A stretch of DNA of 27,356 nt from positions 1 through 27,356 of IMG/VR virus record IMGVR_UViG_3300002307_001278. One strand, given 5' to 3'. Under the pieces are notes generated by a model, which saw only the letters and a list, made by a program, of their open reading frames with translations, had not been told where the DNA came from and ran no database searches. Shown here in pieces: positions 1 through 9,521 of the stretch (positions are counted from its first letter, which is position 1; every line of letters begins with the position of its first letter). Made by a program: the position numbers and the translations under genes. The stretch is from a virus (taxonomy: Duplodnaviria > Caudoviricetes).

Positions 1-645
1 CTATCACTAACCGGTATTAGCTTACCTACATTAACAATTGGCACAGGGTTAACAGGCACTAGCTACAACGGTTCAGGTGCAGTTACTATTGCTGCTGCAC
101 AGGACATTGCAACTACAGCTAGTCCAACATTCGCCACTGTAAACATTCCAAGCATAACTAAAACAGGAACCAGCGGCAGTGGTGATATGGGCGGGTCAGC
201 TACTAGATTTGGCACAATATGGGCTACAGTATTTGATGGTACTGCTACTAACGCAAAATACGCCGACTTAGCAGAAAAATATCTAGCTGATGCTGAATAT
301 TCTCCAGGTACAGTAGTAGAGATTGGTGGTACACATGAAGTTACGGAATGTAGTCAAGATTTAAGTGATGACGTGTTTGGTGTGATAAGTACTAAGCCAG
401 CATACTTAATGAATAGTGCATTAGAAGGTGACTACGTTGCAACTGTAGCACTTCAAGGACGTACTCCAGTTCGAGTAGTTGGTATAATTAAGAAGGGCGA
501 TAGACTAGTATCAGCAGGCGGCGGGCTTGCCCGTGCAGCATCTAAGAGCGAAATTACATCATTTAACGTAATTGGTCGTTCACTTGAAGATAAAACTGTA
601 GACGGTTATGGTCTGGTAGAAGCTATCGTTAGCATTCGTAGTTAA
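1..645 (+). CDS. Tail fibre/appendage protein, C-terminal part (5'-truncated by the window), with peptidase G2-like intramolecular chaperone/autocleavage domain
   Basis: Frame is open from base 1 (LSLTGISLPTLTIGTGLTGTSYNGSGAVT...), so the tracked Met at 187 is internal. Gly/Thr-rich fibre-like sequence is followed by YADLAEKY...GTVV...GVIST.PAYLMN...VALQGRTPVRVVG.IKKGDRLVS, typical of C-terminal chaperone domains of phage fibres. Confidence 0.75.
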   Translation, partial: LSLTGISLPTLTIGTGLTGTSYNGSGAVTIAAAQDIATTASPTFATVNIPSITKTGTSGSGDMGGSATRFGTIWATVFDGTATNAKYADLAEKYLADAEYSPGTVVEIGGTHEVTECSQDLSDDVFGVISTKPAYLMNSALEGDYVATVALQGRTPVRVVGIIKKGDRLVSAGGGLARAASKSEITSFNVIGRSLEDKTVDGYGLVEAIVSIRS

Positions 646-665
646 TCAATTAAGAGGAAAGTCAA

Positions 666-1562
666 ATGGCAACACCGGGCGCAATCATATATGGTGCAGA
701 CTACAACGCAGTACAAATTAAAGTAGTTGAGGTATTGGGATCTGGAACACCATACGGTCCAGGTACAGGCAGTCCAAACTATGGATATAATCAAACCGTT
801 ACATCAACTACTGTAGCAGTTGGTGCGGTTATTACTAAAACGCAGTTTCAAGTATTAGCAGATGATATCAATAAGTGTTACGTACATCAAACCGGCGCAA
901 GTTTTACAGGATATGCCGCAAGTACAGATTCTCAACCATTTGAAATTACCGGTAATGTGGTATATGCCGCTAACTTAAATTTATTAGATACAACAATCAA
1001 CACCTGTATCACAAATCAACTTGTAGCAGCAGCTACTCAATTAGCGTCGGTTGCAACAACATATTGGAGAACAACCAACTGGGGCGGTGTAGTTGCTCCT
1101 GCGGCAATAGCACAAACAAATACTATTACTTTTGCTAGTACTGCCGCAGCACAATATTGGTTTAATCAAGGCGGCAAAATAGTATTTCAAGGTACTTATC
1201 GCGGAACTCCGCCTACAACACAAGATACTGCATGGAAAAATGAAGTTACTGCATTTACCTATACCATCGATGTTACATCTTATGCTGGCCTTACTACCAC
1301 TCCTACTAATAAGTACACTGGTGCTGGTGCGGCCCCTTATGGATCAAATGCATTAACATTAGCAGTAAGTTTATCAGGTGCTGTGATCACATGTACAGTT
1401 ACCTATAATGATGCTCACGCTGCATTAGGAGCAGGTCCGGATACTGTTACTGGAAGCGCCACCATAGGCGTTGGTTTTAGTATTACCAATTACACTGCAA
1501 CCGGTGCATTTACCGGAACAGCACCAACACTTGCTGTAACTGCTGGTAGTACAATCGTATAA
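666..1562 (+). CDS. Putative virion structural (tail/baseplate-associated) protein
   Basis: 298 aa, strongly Thr/Ala/Gly-rich and poor in charged residues; SD-like AGAGGA at 653-658; directly follows the fibre gene. Function inferred from composition and context. Confidence 0.55.
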   Translation: MATPGAIIYGADYNAVQIKVVEVLGSGTPYGPGTGSPNYGYNQTVTSTTVAVGAVITKTQFQVLADDINKCYVHQTGASFTGYAASTDSQPFEITGNVVYAANLNLLDTTINTCITNQLVAAATQLASVATTYWRTTNWGGVVAPAAIAQTNTITFASTAAAQYWFNQGGKIVFQGTYRGTPPTTQDTAWKNEVTAFTYTIDVTSYAGLTTTPTNKYTGAGAAPYGSNALTLAVSLSGAVITCTVTYNDAHAALGAGPDTVTGSATIGVGFSITNYTATGAFTGTAPTLAVTAGSTIV

Positions 1563-1566
1563 TCAC

Positions 1567-1595
1567 TTGCAATCCCTGGCAATTTAGTATATAAT
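1567..1595 (+). promoter_or_regulatory. Sigma70-type promoter upstream of the 1624-11307 operon
   Basis: TTGCAA (1567-1572), 17-nt spacer, TATAAT (1590-1595); a second TATAAT at 1601-1606; lies in the only intergenic gap before the operon. Confidence 0.65.
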
Positions 1596-1619
1596 AACTA
1601 TATAATAAACCTAGGGATT
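1571..1619. repeat. Imperfect 9-bp inverted repeat bracketing the -10 boxes
   Basis: AATCCCTGG (1571-1579) pairs with CTAGGGATT (1611-1619) with one G-T pair; followed by a T-run up to the ATG at 1624. Confidence 0.5.
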
Positions 1620-1623
1620 TTTT

Positions 1624-1971
1624 ATGGACGACAGATTAGAAAAAGCATTAGAATTTGCTAACTATCAACGCACCTTACACTTGGAAAAAAAGCGCATTCA
1701 ATCAAAATTGCGCCAAGAATTAGAACTAGTATATAATGGTGGTAGATTTTTAGTTGATCGTAATTTTATTGTTTTCATGCACTTATTCAATCCAGACGAA
1801 GATGGTAGTATAACCATTTTAGATGAAAATCTAACTCCAATAATTATCAGCAATCTTGAAGAATTCCAAAAAGAAGCAAACAACACTTATCACCGTGCTG
1901 TTAATCGGTATAGAGTTGATTTTGAAGAATTAAAAAAGAAAAGAACAGTAAAGGCCATTGTTAATCTATGA
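1624..1971 (+). CDS. Hypothetical protein, first gene of operon
   Basis: 115-aa ORF with helical, charged termini; ATGA overlap with the next gene; no recognisable catalytic motif. Confidence 0.75.
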   Translation: MDDRLEKALEFANYQRTLHLEKKRIQSKLRQELELVYNGGRFLVDRNFIVFMHLFNPDEDGSITILDENLTPIIISNLEEFQKEANNTYHRAVNRYRVDFEELKKKRTVKAIVNL

Positions 1972-2801
1972 CACGTGGATGTTTAATGTACGCACACGAT
2001 GGTGATATAGATTATGGTAGCCAAGCAGTGTTGGCAGCAAAATTGGCTATTAAAAATTTAAAAATACCAGTTAGCCTAATCACTGATAAAAATACCTTAG
2101 ACAATCTTAAAAGTAAATTTGATCTGTTACCGTTTGACCATATTATACAAGTTGAGCGACCAAATAATAATAATCGACGATCATTGGACGGTAAATCTGT
2201 TCAGTTTATTAATACCAATAGAGCATCAGCCTGGGATCTTACTCCGTATAAAAGAACATTACTAATAGATACTGATTTTTTAATATTCAGCGATATATTG
2301 AACAATTATTGGAACACTCAATTTGATTTCTTAATTACTCCTGGTATGCATGAGTTATTAGAAAACAAAAATTTAAACGATTATCAACTTAATCCCTATA
2401 CCATCGATATGCTATGGGCTACTAATATACTGTTTAGTAAAACATCAGAAACTAAAATATTATTTGAGCTTGTTGAGCATATTAGATCTAACTATCATTA
2501 TTATGCAGGGATATACCAGTTTAATCCTTACCAATTTAGAAATGATCATGCATTTAGTGTTGCCTGCCATATTATGGGATCACACGGATTAGAGCAGTGG
2601 CATGGAAAGTTACCTATTCCGCTATTATTTAAAGATACTGATTTGATAGTTGATGTAAAACCAACTGGACAAATAACTTTTTTAATAGATAATCTAGCCA
2701 GCTGTTATGTTGCCAGATCCATAGATCAAGACATACATATTATGAACAAAAATTCACTATTAGACAACCTAGATCAACTTTTGGAGTTAGCCAATGACTA
2801 A
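1968..2801 (+). CDS. GT-A fold glycosyltransferase / nucleotide-diphospho-sugar transferase
   Basis: DxD after a hydrophobic strand (TPYKRTLLIDTDFL), later NDHAF and HIMNK motifs resembling GT8-like enzymes; paralog of 2794..3609. Confidence 0.7.
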   Translation: MTRGCLMYAHDGDIDYGSQAVLAAKLAIKNLKIPVSLITDKNTLDNLKSKFDLLPFDHIIQVERPNNNNRRSLDGKSVQFINTNRASAWDLTPYKRTLLIDTDFLIFSDILNNYWNTQFDFLITPGMHELLENKNLNDYQLNPYTIDMLWATNILFSKTSETKILFELVEHIRSNYHYYAGIYQFNPYQFRNDHAFSVACHIMGSHGLEQWHGKLPIPLLFKDTDLIVDVKPTGQITFLIDNLASCYVARSIDQDIHIMNKNSLLDNLDQLLELAND

Positions 2802-3609
2802 GGGATATCTGTTATTTGCACAAGACTCCAATGAAGTCAACTATAGTAAACTTGCTACAGCATGCGCTTTATCAATTAAATTAACTCAGACTGTAGAATT
2901 TAATAATGTATCAGTGGTTACAAACAATATTGGTTATTTTGACGCAGACTTATTTGATCACATAATTCCTAGCGGTGCATTATCTGGCATGGATGCTAGG
3001 TCAAGAGCATACGATCTATCCCCGTACGATCAGACAGTATTATTAGACAGTGATATGCTATTCCTTAAACCAATGGATTATGTTTGGGAACGCATGTCTG
3101 CGTTAGATTTATTTGTTGCATCTGCTCCACAAACTCACAGAGGACAACTATTCCATTATGGATTTTATCGTAAGATATTTGCAGATAATCAATGGCCAGA
3201 TGTGTATAGTGCATGGACTTATTTTAAAAAATCTGATACTGCTGAGGAATTCTTCAATACAGTTAAAATGTTAACTGACCACGCAGGTGAATTTATTAGC
3301 CTAGGATTAACTAACACAGGATTAGAAACATTACCTACAGATGAAGCGTTTGCGTTAGCATTAATAATTTTAGAACTTGAAAACCAAGCAGTATTTCCTA
3401 ATTGGGGATTTCCTCGGATAACCCATATGAAGCCTGCGGTACAAGGATGGAAAGAAAATGTTGCAGACTGGCACGAAAAATTAAGATTTACCATTGATAG
3501 CAAAGGACAGGTTAAACTAGGAGTATGGGAGCAGGCAGAGTTATTACACTATGTTAAGAAAGAATTAATAACTGATGAAGTTATACAGACATTACGGGCC
3601 GCTATATGA
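2794..3609 (+). CDS. GT-A fold glycosyltransferase / nucleotide-diphospho-sugar transferase
   Basis: SPYDQTVLLDSDML (DxD), TDEAFALA, THMKP, LHYVKK; aligns by eye with 1968..2801. Confidence 0.72.
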   Translation: MTKGYLLFAQDSNEVNYSKLATACALSIKLTQTVEFNNVSVVTNNIGYFDADLFDHIIPSGALSGMDARSRAYDLSPYDQTVLLDSDMLFLKPMDYVWERMSALDLFVASAPQTHRGQLFHYGFYRKIFADNQWPDVYSAWTYFKKSDTAEEFFNTVKMLTDHAGEFISLGLTNTGLETLPTDEAFALALIILELENQAVFPNWGFPRITHMKPAVQGWKENVADWHEKLRFTIDSKGQVKLGVWEQAELLHYVKKELITDEVIQTLRAAI

Positions 3610-4169
3610 CACAGCCTTATTATATGTTGTACAATGAAAATACCTTAGAGATACAGGCCTTAAATGTAGACTCTACTCAGGTACCTGCAGGATCAGCACT
3701 CTGTAAAATAACAGAGAAAGATTTAATAGATTTTCATTCAGACAAGAAACAACACCATCTATTTTTAGTAGTAGTTGGTGAAGATGGATTTGCAAAATTT
3801 AAACATCGATATCTGTACGCTATCAATCAAAGATTTGATGAGCGAGCAGTCATTGCCACTGATATCATACAAGATTTGGATTATAGAAAAATATTCTTTG
3901 ACTACCTTAATATCAAATATTCTGTAACAGTTGATACTATCACACTAACGTTTGATGTTGACAGGCTAGAAGAAAATTATAGAGGAACATATATTGACAC
4001 TATCGATAAAAATAAAGGTAATTGTAAAATCTTTGTCACTGAGTATGGTAATATGTCTGCATTGATAACTTCGTTTGAAATGGATATATACCAGCTAACA
4101 AGATCAAAAACAATTGAAATACCATTGGTTATTAATAAACGTATAAGTCTGTGGGGGATGAAACTATGA
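3606..4169 (+). CDS. Hypothetical protein
   Basis: 187-aa ORF with ATGA overlaps at both ends; no motif recognised. Confidence 0.7.
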   Translation: MTQPYYMLYNENTLEIQALNVDSTQVPAGSALCKITEKDLIDFHSDKKQHHLFLVVVGEDGFAKFKHRYLYAINQRFDERAVIATDIIQDLDYRKIFFDYLNIKYSVTVDTITLTFDVDRLEENYRGTYIDTIDKNKGNCKIFVTEYGNMSALITSFEMDIYQLTRSKTIEIPLVINKRISLWGMKL

Positions 4170-4258
4170 TAAATTTATTTCAACGAATTAAAATGTATTT
4201 TGCCTATAAGAAACGATTAAAACAGCTACGAGAAAAAGATCCGTTTATCTACAAATGA
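4166..4258 (+). CDS. Small basic 30-aa protein (MINLFQRIKMYFAYKKRLKQLREKDPFIYK), absent from the ORF track
   Basis: Read directly from the sequence; fills the gap exactly with ATGA overlaps to the upstream gene (4166-4169) and to the carbamoyltransferase (4255-4258). Confidence 0.75.
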   Translation: MINLFQRIKMYFAYKKRLKQLREKDPFIYK

Positions 4259-5745
4259 GCATACTAGGGATATCAGCCGGCTTTCATGATGCGGCCGTAA
4301 CAGTAGTTGATGAGGGTAAGATTTTATTTGCCGGACATAGCGAACGCTACAGTAAGATTAAGCACGATTCAACCCTACATCACGGACTGATAGAGGATGC
4401 TCTTAAGTACGGCCCTATAGATAGCATTGCCTATTATGAGCGTCCGTGGCTTAAAAAAACAAGACAGTTATATGCTGGCCAGTATAGCGAGTTATCTACA
4501 CCGTGGACCGTGGCTGGAATATTAAAAGAACAACTGCCTGGATTCAACTTACATAAGTTACCTATTAAATCGTATAACCATCACTTGAGTCATGCGGCTG
4601 CAGGTTTCCAAACAAGCTCGTTTGACTATGCCACTGTGGTAGTGATTGATGCTATAGGCGAATGGGATACTATTAGTATTTGGTCAGCTGAATATGTTAA
4701 TGGAAAAGCAAAGTATAAACGAGTTTGGCGCCAGACATATCCACATAGTATTGGACTTATGTATAGTGCATTTACACAAAGCGTAGGGCTCAAACCATTA
4801 GATGAAGAATATATTTTAATGGGTATGGCTGCCTGGGGTAAACAACAAACATGGTATCAAGCAGATCAACTTAAGGCTAGCCTAATAGAAGATGAAGCGG
4901 CAATGATCTTTAAACATAACCTACACATAGGACTACCGAGTAAGATTATAAGCAGTTGGAGTGATGAAGATACTGCCCGAGCTGCACAGGAACTAACAGA
5001 AGATTTAATTGCTAGCATAATGAGTAAAGCATGGGATCTTGCACCTAGCCCTAATCTAGTGTATGCAGGCGGTGTAGCACTTAATTGTACAGCGAATAGA
5101 ATACTAGGAGAATATTTTGATAACATTTGGATTATGCCTAATCCTGGTGATGCTGGCAGTAGCCTTGGCGCGGCAGCTTTGGCTTATGGCAGAAGATTGG
5201 TTTGGGATAATGCTTTTTTGGGTCACAATATTAGTGGTCCTTACCCTACTAAAGATATCATTTCCGAATTGGTTACTAACAAAATTGTTGGGGTAGCTAA
5301 CGGTAGAGCAGAATTTGGCCCTAGAGCTCTAGGCAATCGTAGTTTATTAGCGGACCCTAGAGGTCCAGAGATTAAGGATAAAGTAAATGAAATCAAACGT
5401 AGACAAAAATTCAGACCTTTCGCACCTGTCGTACTTGAAGAGCTTGCTGATCAATATTTTGACATGCCTAGGGGTTGGCGCAATAGCCCTTATATGCAAG
5501 TTGTCGCTCGTTGTAAGTTTCCTGATCAGTTTCCTGCTATTGTGCATATTGATGGTACCAGTAGAGTACAAACGGTCGCAGACGATGGCTCGGGAATCAG
5601 ACGACTCTTAGAGCAGTGGTTTATTTGGACAGACTGTCCTATGCTATTAAATACTAGTCTTAACGTTAGAGGCGAGCCTATGGTTAATGACCGCAAAGAC
5701 GCTGACCGTTTTGAAAAACTATATAGAGTTAAGGTAGTATCGTGA
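4255..5745 (+). CDS. O-carbamoyltransferase, NodU/CmcH/TobZ family
   Basis: N-terminal Kae1-like motifs (GISAGFHDAA, HHLSHAA, DAIGE, GGVALN, PGDAG) and C-terminal YrdC-like motifs (RAEFGPRALGNRS, KRRQKFRPFAP, HIDGTSRVQT, LNTSLN). Confidence 0.95.
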   Translation: MSILGISAGFHDAAVTVVDEGKILFAGHSERYSKIKHDSTLHHGLIEDALKYGPIDSIAYYERPWLKKTRQLYAGQYSELSTPWTVAGILKEQLPGFNLHKLPIKSYNHHLSHAAAGFQTSSFDYATVVVIDAIGEWDTISIWSAEYVNGKAKYKRVWRQTYPHSIGLMYSAFTQSVGLKPLDEEYILMGMAAWGKQQTWYQADQLKASLIEDEAAMIFKHNLHIGLPSKIISSWSDEDTARAAQELTEDLIASIMSKAWDLAPSPNLVYAGGVALNCTANRILGEYFDNIWIMPNPGDAGSSLGAAALAYGRRLVWDNAFLGHNISGPYPTKDIISELVTNKIVGVANGRAEFGPRALGNRSLLADPRGPEIKDKVNEIKRRQKFRPFAPVVLEELADQYFDMPRGWRNSPYMQVVARCKFPDQFPAIVHIDGTSRVQTVADDGSGIRRLLEQWFIWTDCPMLLNTSLNVRGEPMVNDRKDADRFEKLYRVKVVS

Positions 5746-6641
5746 AACTAAACATAGCAGAACTAGACTGTATATTCATCAGCTACGATGAGCCCAACGC
5801 TGAAAGTAACTGGGCAGATCTACTGAACAAGTGTATGTGGGCCAAACGTGTTGATGGAGTTAAAGGTAGTGATGCTTGCCATAAGGCCGCAGCAGCGTTG
5901 AGTGATACCGAATGGTTCATTACAGTTGATGCAGATAATATAGTTGATACAAAATTCTTTGATCAAACTATTGACGTTCCGACAAATATCAAAGCATTTA
6001 GTTGGCCGGGTATTAACATATTAAATGGACTAAGATACGGTAACGGTAGTCTTAAGGTATGGCATAAAGAATTTGTATTAAACATGCAGTCTCATGAAAT
6101 TGCAGATAAAGAAAAAGGCCTGGTAGATTTTTGTTGGGAACAACAATATCGACCGTTGATAGACAGCTACAGTGTAACATATCCAAACTCTAGTCCTTAT
6201 CAGGCTTGGCGGGCAGGCTTTCGAGAAGGTGTTAAGATGAGCCTGGTTGATGGCATCCGACTAAAAGAACCAAGACCAGACAAACTTCACTGGCACAACC
6301 TACATAGATTAAAAGTATGGTGTAGTGTCGGTGCTCATGTGGATAATGGGTTGTGGGCTATATTAGGTGCTCGTCACGGATGCTATAAGATAAATTGCAC
6401 AGACTGGGACTATACAGAGGTGCGTGATTTTGATAAATTAGCTGAGATATTTAAAGAAGTTGGTACTCAGGATATTATGAATAGCATTAACTACTACGGT
6501 GATGAGCTAATGAAAATTTATAAATTAGATATTAATTGCTTAGATGCTAAAACAAGTAGATATGTTGTTGAGCTGATTAAAGATCAGTTTGATCAAGCGG
6601 CAGAACAAGTTAGATGGACACTGACACGACGTGATATTTGA
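5742..6641 (+). CDS. Putative GT-A fold glycosyltransferase
   Basis: GTG start overlapping the previous stop; FISYDEPNA, RVDGVKG, WFITVDADN (DxD), AWRAGFREG; paralog of 6631..7305. Confidence 0.6.
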   Translation: MKLNIAELDCIFISYDEPNAESNWADLLNKCMWAKRVDGVKGSDACHKAAAALSDTEWFITVDADNIVDTKFFDQTIDVPTNIKAFSWPGINILNGLRYGNGSLKVWHKEFVLNMQSHEIADKEKGLVDFCWEQQYRPLIDSYSVTYPNSSPYQAWRAGFREGVKMSLVDGIRLKEPRPDKLHWHNLHRLKVWCSVGAHVDNGLWAILGARHGCYKINCTDWDYTEVRDFDKLAEIFKEVGTQDIMNSINYYGDELMKIYKLDINCLDAKTSRYVVELIKDQFDQAAEQVRWTLTRRDI

Positions 6642-7305
6642 TATTACATTCATAAGTTACAACGAACCCAATGCTGATGCAAATTGGTTACGCCTTAAAG
6701 AACGATTTCCTATAGCACGCAGGGTACACGGAGTTAAAGGTATACATCAGGCGCATATAGCCGCGGCTAATCGTTGTCGCACTAAAATGTTTTGGGTAGT
6801 TGATGGTGACAGTACGGTATTAGATTCATTTACCTTTGCTGACCCTGTGGGTCTATGGAAGCCAGAAGAGTCAGTATACGTATACCAATCACAGAATCCT
6901 ATCAACGGACTAACCTATGGGTACGGTGGTATAAAGTTATTGCCTAGAGATAAAACCATCTCAATGGATATTTCAACGGTTGACATGACTACTAGCATAG
7001 GTAATTACTTTACCGCAGTTGAACAGGTAGCTAGTGTAACAAACTTCAACACAGATGCATATACTACATGGCGATCAGCATTCCGTGAAGCAGCAAAGTT
7101 GAGCAGTCAGATCATACGTAATCAAATTTCAGAAGAAACACAGACCAGACTTAACACATGGAAAACTATAGGTATAGATAAACCCTACGGTGAATACGCA
7201 CTACTAGGTGCACAACAAGGACAGGCATGGGCAGAGTCTACTAGTGATTTAACTTTAATCAACGACTTTACATGGCTAAAAGAATATTTTGATAAACAAA
7301 CTTAA
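6631..7305 (+). CDS. Putative GT-A fold glycosyltransferase
   Basis: FISYNEPNA, RVHGVKG, FWVVDGDS (DxD), TWRSAFREA; tandem paralog of 5742..6641. Confidence 0.6.
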   Translation: MIFDITFISYNEPNADANWLRLKERFPIARRVHGVKGIHQAHIAAANRCRTKMFWVVDGDSTVLDSFTFADPVGLWKPEESVYVYQSQNPINGLTYGYGGIKLLPRDKTISMDISTVDMTTSIGNYFTAVEQVASVTNFNTDAYTTWRSAFREAAKLSSQIIRNQISEETQTRLNTWKTIGIDKPYGEYALLGAQQGQAWAESTSDLTLINDFTWLKEYFDKQT

Positions 7306-8641
7306 AATTAAAAGAGTAATACCAATTGCTAATGCAGTTAGTCCTACATTCTGTATGGCTAAATGGTATCAAACTAACATATACCTACAACTGGGGCAGA
7401 CGCATAGTTGTTATCACCCAGCACCGCATACGATCCCAGTAGCAGAACTAAGCCAGCCCAGCGCACTGCATAATACACTACAAAAGAAACAAGAACGCCA
7501 ACTAATGATCAACGGTGAACGTCCAGATGGCTGTCAGTATTGTTGGAATATAGAAGATCTAGGACATACCAGCGAACGTGTAGAACGTAATGCTAGACTA
7601 TACACCAAAGCAAGATTGTTAGAAGTCACACAAGACCCAATGGCTAATGTTAATCCTGATTACCTTGAGATATCATTTGGTAATGAGTGTAATTTTAAAT
7701 GCGGATACTGCCATCCAAAGTACAGTACAGCCTACTATAAAGAAATTGTGGACTACGGTCCCTACACCATGGTCAAAAACCATCGTAACGATCTAGACTT
7801 CACTGTATATGAAGAAGAAACTAACCCTTACGTGGCTGCTTGGTGGGTTTGGTGGCCCGAAGCCAGTAAGACATTAAATGTACTACGTGTCACCGGCGGT
7901 GAACCGTTACTTCAACAGTCAACTTGGCGCTTACTAGAAGACCTATATGTTAACCCTAAACCCAATTTAGAATTGAACATTAACAGTAACCTAGGAGTTA
8001 AACCTATTCTAATAGACAGACTATGTGATCATGTTAATCGTTTACTCAAAGATAGTAAGATTAAGAGTTTTAAACTGTATACCAGTATGGACACATGGGG
8101 TGCATCTGCAGAGTATATACGTACAGGACTAGATCTCGCAGTGTGGGAACAGAACTTGGATACATATCTAACCAAAACTAACACAGCCGTTGACCTAATG
8201 GTTACCTATACCGCACTGTCTGCACCAACGTATACTAACCTATTAATGAAGATACTTGATTGGCGCGAAAAGTATAATGGTTTTAGACAATCTGAATGGC
8301 AACGTATTAGGTTTGATGTTGCCTATCTAGTACAACCGTTACAGTATGATATTAACATACTGCCTAAAGATATCAGTGTACGCTATGCATATCAGGCCCT
8401 GACGTTTATGGAGGATTGGCAAAGTACCCTACATAGAACAGGATTCTCTTCAGCAGAAGTTGCTAAGTTTAACGGAATACTAGACTATATTAAATCTACT
8501 GTGTATACAGATGAGAAGTTACTAGAAGGTCAGAGAGATTTCTATCAGTGGTTTAAAGAGCATGATCGCAGACGTAGTACAGATTTTATAAAAACCTTTC
8601 CAGAGTTAGCTAAATTTTATCAAGGACTACCACGTGTATAA
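7289..8641 (+). CDS. Radical SAM enzyme with N-terminal twitch/SPASM-like Cys domain
   Basis: CNFKCGYC (CxxxCxxC), TGGEP; N-terminal FCMAKW...SCYH...CQYCW; TTG start uncertain. Confidence 0.9.
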   Translation: MINKLKIKRVIPIANAVSPTFCMAKWYQTNIYLQLGQTHSCYHPAPHTIPVAELSQPSALHNTLQKKQERQLMINGERPDGCQYCWNIEDLGHTSERVERNARLYTKARLLEVTQDPMANVNPDYLEISFGNECNFKCGYCHPKYSTAYYKEIVDYGPYTMVKNHRNDLDFTVYEEETNPYVAAWWVWWPEASKTLNVLRVTGGEPLLQQSTWRLLEDLYVNPKPNLELNINSNLGVKPILIDRLCDHVNRLLKDSKIKSFKLYTSMDTWGASAEYIRTGLDLAVWEQNLDTYLTKTNTAVDLMVTYTALSAPTYTNLLMKILDWREKYNGFRQSEWQRIRFDVAYLVQPLQYDINILPKDISVRYAYQALTFMEDWQSTLHRTGFSSAEVAKFNGILDYIKSTVYTDEKLLEGQRDFYQWFKEHDRRRSTDFIKTFPELAKFYQGLPRV

Positions 8642-9521
8642 TTTTGCCAAAGTAAAAGTTAAATTGGGGGACAAACTTATTGTGGGGTTAGGGGATAGCT
8701 TTACACAGGGAGTAGGCGCATACTCAGATGAAACCTATGCTAAACATCATGGTAAGATAGATGTACACACATCGGACCGCAAACTGATAAAAGAACAATA
8801 TCAGGGCAGTTGGGTTAAACAACTATGCGACAATCATATGCCTGATTGGCTACCGGTTAATCTAGGACACGCTGGCACAGGCAATCGCAGTGCTATTAAA
8901 GAATTATATTTAAATCCATCAATTGAATTAGCCAAAGCCAGCGAGGTTATTGTAATCTATATGCTTAGTGGCTTAGAACGTTTTGATTTTGCACTCAGAA
9001 CACAAAGTGAAGAACACCATTTCTATAGTATGTGGCCAAATCCACAAGACCCAGGAAGTACTAATAAGAAGTTATGGGAATGTTATGCTGATCAGATATA
9101 TTCAGAACAGTTTATTGCTACAGAATTATTAATCAATCTACTAGACATACAAAACTATTGTCGTGCTAATAACTATAAACTAATAGTAACCAGCGCATTT
9201 GATATGCGTACAACTAAAGATTGGATGACCCAGGTATATCCTCGCTATATGCCTTTTGTTAAAAGCTATCACGATCGCGTAATAGAACAGTTTGATTGGT
9301 CTCAGATGTTTTATCCGCAGGGGTATACAACTATTATAGAGTTATTAAGTGTGTTAGAAGGTCAGGGTTGCGAAATAGCCAAAGGTAGATGGTTTCCTTA
9401 CTACACATCAATGTCCAGTCCGGGTACATATATCACTAACTGTGCGCATCCTACACGTCAGGGTAATAAAGTAGTAGCAGAAGAATTATATAATGCCATT
9501 GTTGAACGAGGGTATCAATGA
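8634..9521 (+). CDS. SGNH/GDSL hydrolase-fold protein (possible O-acyl esterase/transferase)
   Basis: GLGDSFTQG (block I), NLGHAGTGN (block II), C-terminal CAHPT..GNKVVAE (block V His). Confidence 0.75.
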   Translation: MYNFAKVKVKLGDKLIVGLGDSFTQGVGAYSDETYAKHHGKIDVHTSDRKLIKEQYQGSWVKQLCDNHMPDWLPVNLGHAGTGNRSAIKELYLNPSIELAKASEVIVIYMLSGLERFDFALRTQSEEHHFYSMWPNPQDPGSTNKKLWECYADQIYSEQFIATELLINLLDIQNYCRANNYKLIVTSAFDMRTTKDWMTQVYPRYMPFVKSYHDRVIEQFDWSQMFYPQGYTTIIELLSVLEGQGCEIAKGRWFPYYTSMSSPGTYITNCAHPTRQGNKVVAEELYNAIVERGYQ

